From Oikopleura dioica (Eukaryota > Animalia > Chordata), in assembly GCA_907165135.1 (NCBI GenBank), contig OU015568.1, forward strand, positions 16,255,208-16,319,207: 64,000 nucleotides of DNA, written 5' to 3'. The translations under genes and the position numbers were made by a program. Shown piece after piece: positions 28,770 through 40,779 of the stretch (position 1 is the stretch's first letter; the number at the start of each line of letters is the position of its first letter). The notes below the pieces were generated by a model. It was given only the letters and a program-made list of their open reading frames with translations, did not search any database and was not told the origin of the DNA.

Positions 28770-31358
28770 TAGGGGGTGCACAGTGGGAAAATCGATTTTT
28801 TATCATCCTCTTATAGGGATGAATGATACATCAATTGAAAGCCTATGATCCACTGATCATTTTGACATGTGACTTGGGGTCATTGAAGGTCACCTGAGGT
28901 CACCTGAGGTCAAAATACGATTTTTCTCAAAACCGATTTAGATTAGGGATTTTATGCATAAAATTGATCGCTGATGATCACTGATCATTTTATTCGTCAT
29001 AAAAACCCCATCCGGATCCATCCTCATCCATCTGAGGGAAAAAATAAAAAATCATTAATTTCACTGTCAAAACTTTTTTACAACTGCTTTTACTCAAGAG
29101 AAACACGTTATTTAAGATATTTGTCGACGTCTCATAAAAACCATAATTAAGAAAAAAGCAAGAATTACTTAAATTTTCATATAAACGGGTGTGGGTGGGG
29201 TTGGGGACATAACTGAGATTGATCAACTAAGAGTCCCAGGCCTCTGTCAAGCCCCTTAAAATTAAAAATCAAGGAAGGGGGCTGAAACGGCCCGAAGGGC
29301 CGTCAAGCCCCTTAAAATTAAAAATCAAGGAAGGGGGCTGAAACGGCCCGAAGGGCCGTCAAGCCCTTAAAATTAAAAATCAAGGAAGGGAGCTGAAACG
29401 GCCCGAAGGGCCGTCAAGCCCTTAAAATTAAAAATCAAGGAAGGGGGCTGAAACGGCCCGAAGGGCCGTCAAGCCCTTAAAATTAAAAATCAAGGAAGGG
29501 GGCTGAAACGGCCCGAAGGGCCGTCAAGCCCTTAAAATTAAAAATCAAGGAAGGGGGCTGAAACGGCCCGAAGGGCCGTCAAGCCCTTAAAATTAAAAAT
29601 CAAGGAAGGGGGCTGAAACGGCCCGAAGGGCCGTCAAGCCCCTTAAAATTAAAAATCAAGGAAGGGGGCTGAAACGGCCCGAAGGGCCGTCAAGCCCTTA
29701 AAATTAAAAATCAAGGAAGGGGCTGAAACGGCCCGAAGGGCCGTCAAGCCCTTAAAATTAAAAATCAAGGAAGGGGGCTGAAACGGCCCGAAGGGCCGTC
29801 AAGCCCTTAAAATTAAAAATCAAGGAAGGGGGCTGAAACGGCCCGAAGGGCCGTCAAGCCCCTTAAAATTAAAAATCAAGGAAGGGGGCTGAAACGGCCC
29901 GAAGGGCCGTCAAGCCCCTTAAAATTAAAAATCAAGGAAGGGGGCTGAAACGGCCCGAAGGGCCGTCAAGCCCCTTAAAATTAAAAATCAAGGAAGGGGG
30001 CTGAAACGGCCCGAAGGGCCGTCAAGCCCTTAAAATTAAAAATCAAGGAAGGGGGCTGAAACGGCCCGAAGGGCCGTCAAGCCCTTAAAATTAAAAATCA
30101 AGGAAGGGGGCTGAAACGGCCCGAAGGGCCGTCAAGCCCCTTAAAATTAAAAATCAAGGAAGGGGGCTGAAACGGCCCGAAGGGCCGTCAAGCCCCTTAA
30201 AATTAAAAATCAAGGAAGGGGGCTGAAACGGCCCGAAGGGCCGTCAAGCCCTTAAAATTAAAAATCAAGGAAGGGGGCTGAAACGGCCCGAAGGGCCGTC
30301 AAGCCCCTTAAAATTGAAAATCAAGGAAGGGGGCTGAAACGGCCCGAAGGGCCGTCAAGCCCTTAAAATTAAAAATCAAGGAAGGGGGCTGAAACGGCCC
30401 GAAGGGCCGTCAAGCCCTTAAAATTAAAAATCAAGGAAGGGGGCTGAAACGGCCCGAAGGGCCGTCAAGCCCTTAAAATTAAAAATCAAGGAAGGGGGCT
30501 GAAACGGCCCGAAGGGCCGTCAAGCCCTTAAAATTAAAAATCAAGGAAGGGGGCTGAAACGGCCCGAAGGGCCGTCAAGCCCTTAAAATTAAAAATCAAG
30601 GAAGGGGGCTGAAACGGCCCGAAGGGCCGTCAAGCCCTTAAAATTAAAAATCAAGGAAGGGGGCTGAAACGGCCCGAAGGGCCGTCAAGCCCTTAAAATT
30701 AAAAATCAAGGAAGGGGGCTGAAACGGCCCGAAGGGCCGTCAAGCCCTTAAAATTAAAAATCAAGGAAGGGGGCTGAAACGGCCCGAAGGGCCGTCAAGC
30801 CCCTTAAAATTAAAAATCAAGGAAGGGGGCTGAAACGGCCCGAAGGGCCGTCAAGCCCCTAAAAATTAAAAATCAAGGAAGGATTTTTGTCTTCCAGGAG
30901 CACTCTTCTACCTGAATAGTCCTCCGGAGGACAAAAAAATGACTCACCCTAGATCACATGATCTGTGTTGATCATTTTATTGGGAAAAACGGTTTGAAAA
31001 AATGTTATCGTCGGGATTCGAACACCCGACTTGGCCGAAAAGTGAAGGTTTTTGACAAAGAATCGGCTCTAGAATTTTTGCCGGAAAGTGCCGGATACCA
31101 TTTTGGGGTCAAATTAAAGCTCTTTGTTTACTCTCTTAGATGCACTTTTCATTTTTTATAACCTTTAATATCTTGGGAGTAATTTGCTAAAAACCCCTTT
31201 TCTTAACCTTTTCACGTGATTTTCAGGGTAAAAATGGACATTTATGAAAAGATGATAATTGAAAGAAATGATTGTTAGGTTATAACAAAGTCATTCAAGA
31301 CTTTAAAATATCAAAAAGATAGTTAATTTTTTGACATTATCCCACTGTGCACCCCCTA
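28770..31358. mobile_element. hAT-type non-autonomous element carrying a satellite
   Basis: TIR TAGGGGGTGCACAGTGGGA; perfect 8-bp TSD CTCATAAC. Confidence 0.92.
29245..30882 (-). repeat. Tandem array, about 28 x 57-58 bp, hairpin-containing
   Basis: Unit (+) GGGGGCTGAAACGGCCCGAAGGGCCGTCAAGCCC(C)TTAAAATTAAAAATCAAGGAA. Confidence 0.97.
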
Positions 31359-31803
31359 CTCATAACTCAACTTTTACTTAACGCTAGAAAAAAATGAACC
31401 CCCACTTTTGGCGCTACTTTTTATCGAGGAATCGAGGTACGATCTGCGTTTAACTTAGAAAAATTTTATGCTTTCCGGCGTTAAGAAATAAAGCACGTGA
31501 CAAGACTGTCAAGCGGTTGACGCCTTTTTCCAGATATTTTGCCAAGAACAAGTCTCCAGTTGTTCGACAACACGCCCAGTTGCCGACCCCAGAAGAATGG
31601 TGGTGGAGGGCGTCCAAGTTACTTGTTCAGCTGCTCTTGTATTGTAATTAAACAAAAAAGAACGGATATTGACCATGGAAACTATTCCAATAAGTGACTT
31701 TTTCTCGCAGCGAGAGTCTGGATTTCATTGAATCGTGTTTTATTTTAATAATATTTGGGTGCAACTGTCTTATAACAAAGGATCCTTCATTATCTCAGGA
31801 AAA

Positions 31804-34529
31804 ATGAGCGAATTTTACCCAAAAGAATTGACCAGAGACGCTGTTCAGAAATGGTTAGGCGCTTTTATAAGGAAATTGAAGAGAACGACGAGTAGAGACG
31901 ATTTGGACAGATTGATTTTGTCGGTGGAGAGATACGACTTTCAAATTAAAAGGTCTGCTGGATGGGAGGAAATATTTTTTGAAAATGGAAAAGGAAAAGT
32001 TTTGAGTGAACATTATGGAACAAAACAAGAGGAATGGGAGATATCTTCATTCCAGAAAACAATCATTGACAAAAATCCTCAATTAGAAGGAAGAAAAATT
32101 TTCCGTTCAGAACTCAAAGAGGAAAAAGGAGAATGGATTCTCGATGAGTTGCTGCAGCAAAAAACAATATCAGTTGGAGGAGAAGCGATTGTTTTGGAAG
32201 AAAATATCGCTGAATTGGAAGTTGCGGTTAGGGTTCAGACTTTTGACTCGGCGCTCTTTGTGGAGAATGAGGAGTTGGCTTTTTACATTCATCTTTCTTC
32301 TGGTAATTTTAAATTTTTATAATCTTTTAATTTAATTGAAGACTACGAAATGGCTGAAAGAAGAACTGCCGGGGAGAAATACTCTGCCTCGCCTCCTGGT
32401 ACTTTACCTCAAAAAAGAAAAAGACTACGCCCCAGTTATCCCTTCTCATCGAAACGTGATCAAAAATCTCTGTAATATCGAAATTTTCTCGGGCAAAGAC
32501 GAGAAAAGAGAGGACTGCCTCGGATGGATTACTATAATGGAAAAGTGCGACTGCGATTTGAGAAGCAGATTGAAAAATGAAGATTTGAGCTTGGAAGAGA
32601 GGAAGAAAATCGCGATCGGCGTGAAAGAGGGCTTTAAATATTTGGGGAGCATTGGACTTTGGCATCAGGATCAGAAGCCGGAGAATATTTTATTGAAGGA
32701 TGGAGAAGGCAAATGGATTGATTTTGGGACGATAAAGGAAACGTCTGAAAGGGAATGCTATCGAATAATGGGCTACGCGAGGAAAGGGAGCAAATATAGA
32801 CCAGGGATCTATTTTTTTGGACTATCCCAATTTATGGAAGTTCATTTTTGGATAACCAATAAAATTACTGAATTCGGCCTTCCGGCAAATGAAAACCCTG
32901 ACCCATAAAATCACTTCCACAAATTGGTTTAACCCATTTTTTCCTGAAAATCGCGAGTAGCGAATATCTTGCGATTGCGGTGCGAAGTTTCCCAGAAAAC
33001 TCGAGATAATGGAATCGCAATCGCAGCTTAGTTTTCGTCAATATTTCACAAATTGCGATTTGTTTTCAAGTTTTTGTCTCGTGCAAATGCTTCGACGATA
33101 TTCTGACCTGAGTTTAGTTTGACTCAGAGCTTTTTTCTGTTTTAAAGGCTGAACAGAAAGCTAGGCTTCAAAACATATTCCTTTCAATAAAGATTTTTCA
33201 ACAAAACTTTATAAATCGCAATCGCATCGCAATTTTTGTAATTTTTTGAGTCGCAATCCCGATTGGTTTTCAAAAATAAAGATCCATGATACAGACATTA
33301 TCATTATTTATGTAGGTTTTATGTTGGAGTTATTTCAAATAACTTATTTGATTATTATTTGCTCGCATTTTATTTTCATAGATTCAGGATCAGCTGCTTT
33401 TTCGGGAAGTGACCAACTTTGTGGAGTAGGAGGAGCACATGGATCACCACTCCACGTTCTGATTCTTTGCGACTGGAATACTGCCTGGAGTCTTCTTTTT
33501 AAACCGATTGAAGAAGACGAGAGACAAAAAATCAATGAAGAAATTATGGTAAGTCTTCATTGTCGCGTTAGAAAGAATAATGATTCTCCAGGCCTGCAAT
33601 GCCAAGTGGCTTTCAAGAAAGACTCCCTCAACTCAACAAATCGAAAACTTGTCAAAAATCATTTCTCTAAAAAACGCGTCCTCTAATTTTTGCCTGGACG
33701 ATCCAAATTTGACGAAATCTTCGGCAATCGCAAATCTAAAACAGAAGCTGACAAAACAGATCAATTTCGACTTCAAAAATTTGACGAAAAATGTTTTAAA
33801 CCAAAAAGAAAGCGATCTTTGTGTTCCCATTTCAGTTTCGGTTCTTTTGAGATGGGCACTCAAAAATGATTTGAAAGTTAAAGATAGTAAAATGAGAAAA
33901 TATTTTACTCTCGAAACAATCTTCACTCAACTGACAATGATAATTTATCCGCGAAGTTTGGCTGGCTTCAATCTCAACCCAAAAAAAGAAGAACAAGAAT
34001 TTCAAACTAACGAAATTGAATTGCTGCTCAGAAGAATGAAATTCAAAACTTATTTGAATCCAAGTGGATGGGATATTATCACACATTCACGCTTACGAGT
34101 GGAAGGCGATTTTTATTTTGAAAAAGGTATTTATGAAAATATTTCGTGAATTTAACTAAATTAATTATTCTAGTCTTCCTCCATCACAACTTCGCCTTCT
34201 CCCGACCCCTAACCGTCACCGGCGCCTACCTCAATCCCGCCAGAGAAATAATTTTCCACCAAATGATTCTTGACCGAGTCGAAAACTCCGAGTTTATTCT
34301 CCAAAACACTTTAATCGACCATTCTGGCTCTCAAATCAGAATTCCTCTTTCCCGTAAGTTCTACGCTTCTTACGAAATGATGGAAGATTGCTTCAACTGC
34401 TTCAAAGATTATGTTTACTACGGGCCAAACAACGAGTTTAATGCTTTGACGAACGAACATTTCAACATGGATACTGAAAAATGGTTCCTTCTTCCTCAGG
34501 CGTATTCAATCACTCTTACACCAGAATAA
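31804..34529 (+). CDS. Atypical protein kinase fused to a papain-fold cysteine-protease-like domain, copy 2
   Basis: GGEAIV, VAVR, HRNVI, MEKCD, HQDQKPENILL, DFG; C-terminal NQKESDLC and FHQMILDRVENSEFILQN; carries one exonic MITE and an unexplained frame break near 32360-32415, so integrity is uncertain. Confidence 0.75.
32802..33288. mobile_element. Aged hAT-type MITE in a kinase exon
   Basis: TIR CAGGGATCT / AGATCCATG; TSD ATATAGAC / ATACAGAC; removal restores KYRHYHYL, aligning with the paralog KYRFNKHL. Confidence 0.8.
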
Positions 34530-35006
34530 ACAGTAAGCAAACTTATTTCTCTTGAATGCTATCAAATTTTCAGGGAGCAGAGCTTCCACAATCGCATTTG
34601 CCGCCAGAAACGCTATTTTTGAATGAAAAGTTCTCCAGTGAAATTTCACTGCAAATAAAGAACAGTCCGTGTTTATTCTATTTGCTTATTTAAAATAAAT
34701 GGAAACATCGAGAAGTTAAATAACAGAACTCAAGCAGGTGGCCAAATTGTCAAGCAAAAAAAGCCCTGCTTCTATAAATCATGAAGAGTCTTGGATGTTT
34801 ATTACCGTTTTTCATATGTCGAAGGGAATATATGAATTTTCAAAGTTGACTCTGGTTTGAGATTAAATCTCGGCTTATCTGCCCGGCAGATTCTGCCGTC
34901 TCGGTGTTCAGAATGCAAAGTCATCAGAAAGTTATTGTCAGAAAAAAATATTCCGAAGAAAAATTTTTCAATACAGTACAAGATTATACAGATTATAGAA
35001 GAGCAG

Positions 35007-38000
35007 TTAGAGAAGACATCCTTGGCATGAGAGTGGATCGCTGCAGGGCTCGCCCGGGTATTTGTCGGATGGAGTTACTCCAGGAAGACTCGAAGTGATG
35101 AACTAAAAATATTGTAAAATCATCGAAAATTCAAATTTTGAATCTTACTTCTTCGCCATCTAGCGAGAACACGAAATCGATGAAGCCTCCGTCCCACACA
35201 TTTTCCTCCGTCGACTCCAAATTCAAAGTCTGCTCCGCATCAGCCGTTGAATCAACCCGATTGAATGGAGTCTGATGAAAGTAAGTAGACTTGAAGTTAC
35301 GATTAAAAATAAACTTACGAAATCTGGTCTTAAATTCGGCACAATTCCGGGAATTCCTTCAGCTCCACAGACAGATGCGCCGGCGTAGTAAATCTGTCGC
35401 CAATCGCGTTTTCCGTTCTTTGACTTTCTTGAGAATGATCTCGTCGATTCTGGCGCCAATGATGATGTCGCAGATAGCGTCATGGAAGATACAGTCTCGT
35501 TGAAAGACGTCGTAATCGAGGGAATCGTCTCGGGCGCAGAAAGGAAAGCCTTGTAAAGCGCGGTGACTGACTGCCAGAGGCGATCTTGAGTATTCTCTTC
35601 CATCTCTCCCACATCTTGAACGGCCGTTCTCGAGATTTTGTCCGAAACACTGGACTCGTCCCGATCCCAACCTCCCCAGCTGCCGCCATGCGCCTGATCG
35701 GGAAGAATTCGCAAAAGCTTCTTTCCGGGAAGCATGTCCCAGTAAGAGAGAGGACCATCAAAGGGGAAGAACTCGTCGTTAGCCGCGTTAGTGATGTAGA
35801 TGAGCTGATCGGCGTAGCGGGAAGCGTACGTCAGGGGGTCGAAAACGGACATAGCCAGTTGCATTGGAAGAGTTCCAAAGTAAGCAGGAACTAAATCATA
35901 TTTTATTCAAGGCATTTGAGAAAGAAAAACAAACCTTGATGGTACCAGTAGTCAAAGAAGGTGTAACTCCAGCCAGCTAAGTTTCTTTGCGACATCTTCA
36001 TAAACTCGTCCGAGTTGAGCATATCGAACATCAACGGCGCGTTGAAATTGACTCGCTCGAAATCCGCCGCTGCGGCGAGCCAGTTTGACCAGCCACGTTT
36101 CGAAGCTCCGATCAAGCCAGCTTTGAAGGGATAATTTCCTGTTTTTGGAACGTTTCTTCTGCCATCAAATCTAGCGCGCGAATAGTCGCTTTTGCCATAA
36201 CTGGTTGGCCGAGTTGATTGAAGTCTGGGGCTCCTCCCATCACGCTAGTGATGAAGTTCTTCCAGGCCTGCGCTAGAACTCCGTCCGAGTGTTTGCCAAA
36301 GTACTGTCCCTCAACTCCGTAGATGAATGGATCACTTGGCGAATCGGCGGTAAATCGAATTGGATAGTTTGGATTTTGATTGAGCAGGCCGCAGACGACG
36401 CCAGTTTTGATTGCGAAGGTTTTTGTTCGCGGAAGATCTTTTGCATACTCTTCCTCGAGAGATCGGCGTTTTCGGGCTGGTTGGATGAAATTGCCGAAGT
36501 TGGAAGACTGAAGGAAGAAGGAGTCGGGATTGCTGATGGCTTTCGGAACGATCAGGTGAACGATGTGGGTCCAAATGGGCCTGTCGTTTACGGATTCATC
36601 GTTCCATCGCAGAGAAGTCATGTTGTAGTTGTAAGTTGTCACATCTTCTTCTTCTTCAATGTCAATCAAGTTGTAAGAAAAACGTTGTCTTCGGCCCACA
36701 TGATGCTGTCAATAAACGCAGGCGCGTGTGAGTTCTTCTTTGTGATATCCTCAGCGAAACTTGCAACAAGCGATTGCAAATTTTCCAAGTTAGAATCAGC
36801 TCGATGTTCAAGTTGAACAGTAGCAACTTGTTCGACTTGGCCGACGAAGGAATCTTCTAAGAAGCCGCTTCGAGATTCTTGCGGTCGAGTTGTCTTGAAC
36901 GGCTCGCTCGATTTGAAAACACGCGGGAGGAGTTTTCTTAAGGCATTTGAGTCTTGTTTCGTTGGAGTCACCACGTTGAATTCATCAGCTTTGGTTTCAA
37001 CGACAAGGAGGGCTTCGAGGTTTTCTTGGGAAGAGATGAAGTCGTTTAGTGCGCTAGCTTCCCAAGTCGAAAGAGATGAAGCGCCAGAGTACTCGTTTGA
37101 GCATGGATCGTCGCTGACTTCAAAGTTGACGTCGAAATTTCGCGTCAAATCGGTACCAACACAAACTGAGTTCGCTTCCCTCGTTTTTGTCCAGTATCGG
37201 TCATTATTCAGGGCGTAGTCGTAGCCGGATGGATTTGCCACTGGAGCTATGATGAAGTTCATTCCAGGAAAATCCTCTGCGAAGTTGTTGTTTTCGGCCA
37301 AGTCCGCGCAAGTTTTCGCGCTTTCGAAATCGTTTGCGCGCATTCCGCAGACGATCATTACCGTGGGATTGCTTCCTTCATTCAATTGGATCGCTTCTAA
37401 TTTGTTTCCTGAATCGTTGCTGTTCAAATCGATGATTTGAGAAGATCCGGGAGCGTTATTTTCTAACGATGTGATGATGCTACTGTAGCTCTTGTACTGC
37501 GAAAGGTCCTTTTTCTAATTCCGCTGCACTTTCCAGCGTGGTCAGCCACGCGCATAAGCTTTCGAGTCTGTGGTCCTAGCTTCTGCATTAAGCGCTTATT
37601 TGGGTAGCCCGCAGTGCAGCCATAATCCCGCGCGTAGCTTCTAATCATCGCTGCAACACTGTCGACTTCCTGGCAGAGCCCGCCCATTGCTCGGTCAACA
37701 GCGGCTTCGGCGGGAAGCGAGCATGCAGAAGTGTTGATATCGGCGAGTCCTTTGGCGAATCGGTTGACCCATTTTTTGACTTTGTTGAATTGGCCTTGGC
37801 TGCCATTCTGCTCGACGAGGGAAAGGAGATTGTTTGCACGGGAGCCGACTTCGGTAAGTCTTTCTGCTGCGGATCTAAATTTAATGTTTCAACTGATTTA
37901 AAAATAACATCGCTATTTCGAAATTCAAAAGAAGGGTTTATTTGAGAGCAAAACACTGGATTGACGCGTTGTCAGGAAAAATGCGGCTCGTGGCTAGACG

Positions 38001-38823
38001 GTGTGCCCGCGGAGCTTTTTTAGAATAACAGGATTAGCATCAAGTGGCTGCTGTCTGCATGCCACGCCTTTAAAAACTTCCGTACTTTTTAGTAGATAAA
38101 ATTTCAGAAGTTTTACAAAAAATTACCCGTCCAAAATTAAAAAAACGATTTTAGTTAAGGACCCCCCCCGTCAACACTTTTCGAAAAATCGATTTTCGAA
38201 ATTTCAAAATTTTGACCCCAGAAATGGATTCTACAGGTCAAAAAACGATTTTGAGGCTTCATTTTTTCGGGGTCTATCTTGACTTTAACACCCTCAAAAT
38301 CGCGTTTGAAAATCGGACTTTTTGACGAAAAATGATGAAAAAGTCCCAATTTTGCTTAAATTTCAGATTTTTCTTGGTCAAAAAGTGCTCCGAACAAGTT
38401 TTTATGATAAATTGAACTTGCAGGAACACTAAGAAGCCAAAATATGGCTTTTTTTGAAATTATCGATTTTTTGAGGAAAATTGTTGACGGGGGGGTCCTT
38501 AATCAAGGGAAAATAAGCGATTAACGGAAAATAACGGCCTTGATTATCTATTACTGCAATAATTTTTTAACGATCAATATTGAGCCTTTTTTTAAAAAGA
38601 AGACAAAATTAAGATTATATGAAAGAGAACCCCTTAATAATAATAGCGGTTCTTCCGGTGAATCATAATTTGTTTCATTTAGGGTTTATTAATTTTTTCG
38701 AGCATTTTTTTTTTTGCTCACCATTCTCTACTATTTCATTCGAAATCAGAGTACTCTATTTCAAATTCTGACTTACTGTGGATCTGCAAATGCGGCCGAA
38801 ATAAAGGCCGTCGAAAGCTTCAT
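35007..38823 (-). CDS. Secreted protein: helical Cys domain + inactive M14 carboxypeptidase + PqaA/AprA-family alpha/beta hydrolase
   Basis: Signal-like MKLSTAFISAAFA; PVANPSGY..WTKTR..CVGTDLTRNF..DPCSNEYSG; GASKRGW, DPLTY, NDEFF, PDQAH; three single-base frameshifts must be bridged. Confidence 0.78.
38159..38498. mobile_element. TTAA-flanked MITE in intron 1
   Basis: TIR GGACCCCCCCGTCAACA; TTAA on both sides. Confidence 0.88.
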
Positions 38824-40779
38824 CTCTTAGAGAATTCGTATTCTCAACGACTGACCTAATGAAGCGCCCGACTTTATGGTACCTGCACCACCACCACCAG
38901 CACCACGCGCCACCTATATAGTTTTATTTTTAGTTAACTCAAAGTTAGTGCAACGCGAAGGTTTCCATCATGAATTACCCTTGCTTATTGTTTGTGGCTA
39001 AATGAACATTGGAATTTGTAATTTTGGGAGCGAATTGTTTTCGCTATAACGGTAACTAAGCGGAACAAAGCGTTTATTTTTGTTATTCTTCAATTATAAG
39101 TTTCAAATTGAGAGCTCTCTCTCAACTCTAAAGAACTCATAATACTGACATGCTTAATTTTGAATATATAATTGAGAAAAAAAGAAATTCCGAATCCAGA
39201 TTGATTAAAAGATATTTTGCCGCCTTTTTAGCACTAGAAGTAGCTTATTTCATCTTATCTGAGTGAATTTGTGAGCAAAAATAGCCGCGAAATCAATTAT
39301 TATTGTCCGTGAAATCAAGGAAAAAAACGAAGTTAATCATAAATTGCTCAAAAAACCATTTGAACTAGCCGAAACGTAATTGACTCCCAGATCACCTAAA
39401 CAAGCTTCAAATCTAAAATTATGAATTGTCCCTTGAGATTCTAGTTGTGCTCGAGTCTTACATTATACCCTGTTCCGTTAAGGTTTTCACGTAACGGTCA
39501 GACCATTTTGGGAATCAAGTGGGGCTTGGACAGTCTCGGCGACCTGACGATCACGTGATCAGTTCCATTGGAATGAATATATTCATTTGATATCACAACA
39601 ATATCTATACAATCGGTGTTTACGAAACATCCCACTTTCAATTTTGATCATTCTGATTCCGACTCCGATCTCCTTTCAGCGTATTCTGAAATTGGTAAAA
39701 GACTATAACTTATTGTACAGTTGGGTAATAGATAGATGATGGCAAGAAAATAACAGAGGGAAATCAAATTCAAGAACAAAAATCATTTCATCCTTGTAAG
39801 GCTAAAATTTTGATAAGGCAAATTGAAACTTATAAAGCTCGTTTAAAAACATTGTGCTTGGTTTTTTAACAGGCATCAAAAAAGAGGGATAGAGGGACGA
39901 TTTATTTCTTAACAATCTAATTTCTCTTAGTTTTTTGTGGCAAAAAGATAGGTAAATTTGAAGAAATGACAACAAGGAAATAAATTGATAAATTATAAGA
40001 AGCTGAAGCTTTTATTTAGAATCTTACTTTACGACTTGCCAGTTTTATTTGAGTCGCTTCAAACAATTAGCCAAGCGTTAACGGGAAAATAGATAAAATG
40101 AAAAGTACGATTTTTTTTTTGCCGATTATTCGCCGAGATTCCGCCTCAGAGAGACATTATTCCCTTCATGTATATTGAAGGTCTGAGCGTGAGGATCTTC
40201 GTCCGTATCCACTTCATTATGAGAAGGAGTCCTAAAAAGAGTAGAGATTTCAAATTAATAGAAAATCAAACCCAGAAATGATGTTGTTTCTATTGTGAGC
40301 ATGGTCGAGCCACTCTGCGTTTTGGCGATTGACTAATTCCATGCTAAAAAAAAAAATTGAATACGGATTCAATGAATAACTTTTATTTACGAGAATTGCG
40401 TTGTCAAAAGGAGAGGGCCGTTGAAGTTGCTCATATTGCCGGAAAAATATCTCTTGTCTGATTTCTAAGGTTCTTGTTGTTTTCTTGAGGTAAGCGTCCG
40501 GCCAATCCAGATTCACGACAGTTTGTTCGGAGTTGGCCTTCAGGGTTTTCCCCGATTTCTTTTGTTTCTGTTTTTCCTAAAAAGTATTCAAAGACAGAAA
40601 GAATCTAACGGAATCATTAACATTGACTTTAAATTGTTCTTGCTTTACCAAATTTACTTTCAATCGAATTTACAGTAATATAAACGATGATTTTGTGAAT
40701 GAAATCGTTGATAAATGATTGAGTTTAGGCATGTTTTTTTGTATTTCGGATAAAGACTTAATCATAAAATCTTTATTAA

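Larger units (their letters stand above)
28682..31479. mobile_element. Older TTAA-flanked element hosting the 28770-31358 insertion
   Basis: TTAA-CGCCGAAACGCA ... TGCTTTCCGGCG-TTAA (degenerate TIR). Confidence 0.5.

Noticed and set aside
29245-30882. CRISPR-like array of palindromic repeats (also 8141-8698)
   Set aside because: Spacers are identical, no cas genes, eukaryotic context; it is a satellite inside a TIR element
35223-36699. Recent bacterial transfer or contamination (PqaA domain)
   Set aside because: Has spliceosomal introns, and the family also occurs in eukaryotes; phylogeny would be needed
36110-37520. Programmed frameshifting at ~36117, ~36680 and ~37510
   Set aside because: Each is a one-base loss in a short homopolymer, as also seen at ~24835, 24968 and 48830; assembly error is simpler
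39480-40580. Possible minus-strand exons
   Set aside because: Could not assemble a consistent frame or recognise a domain
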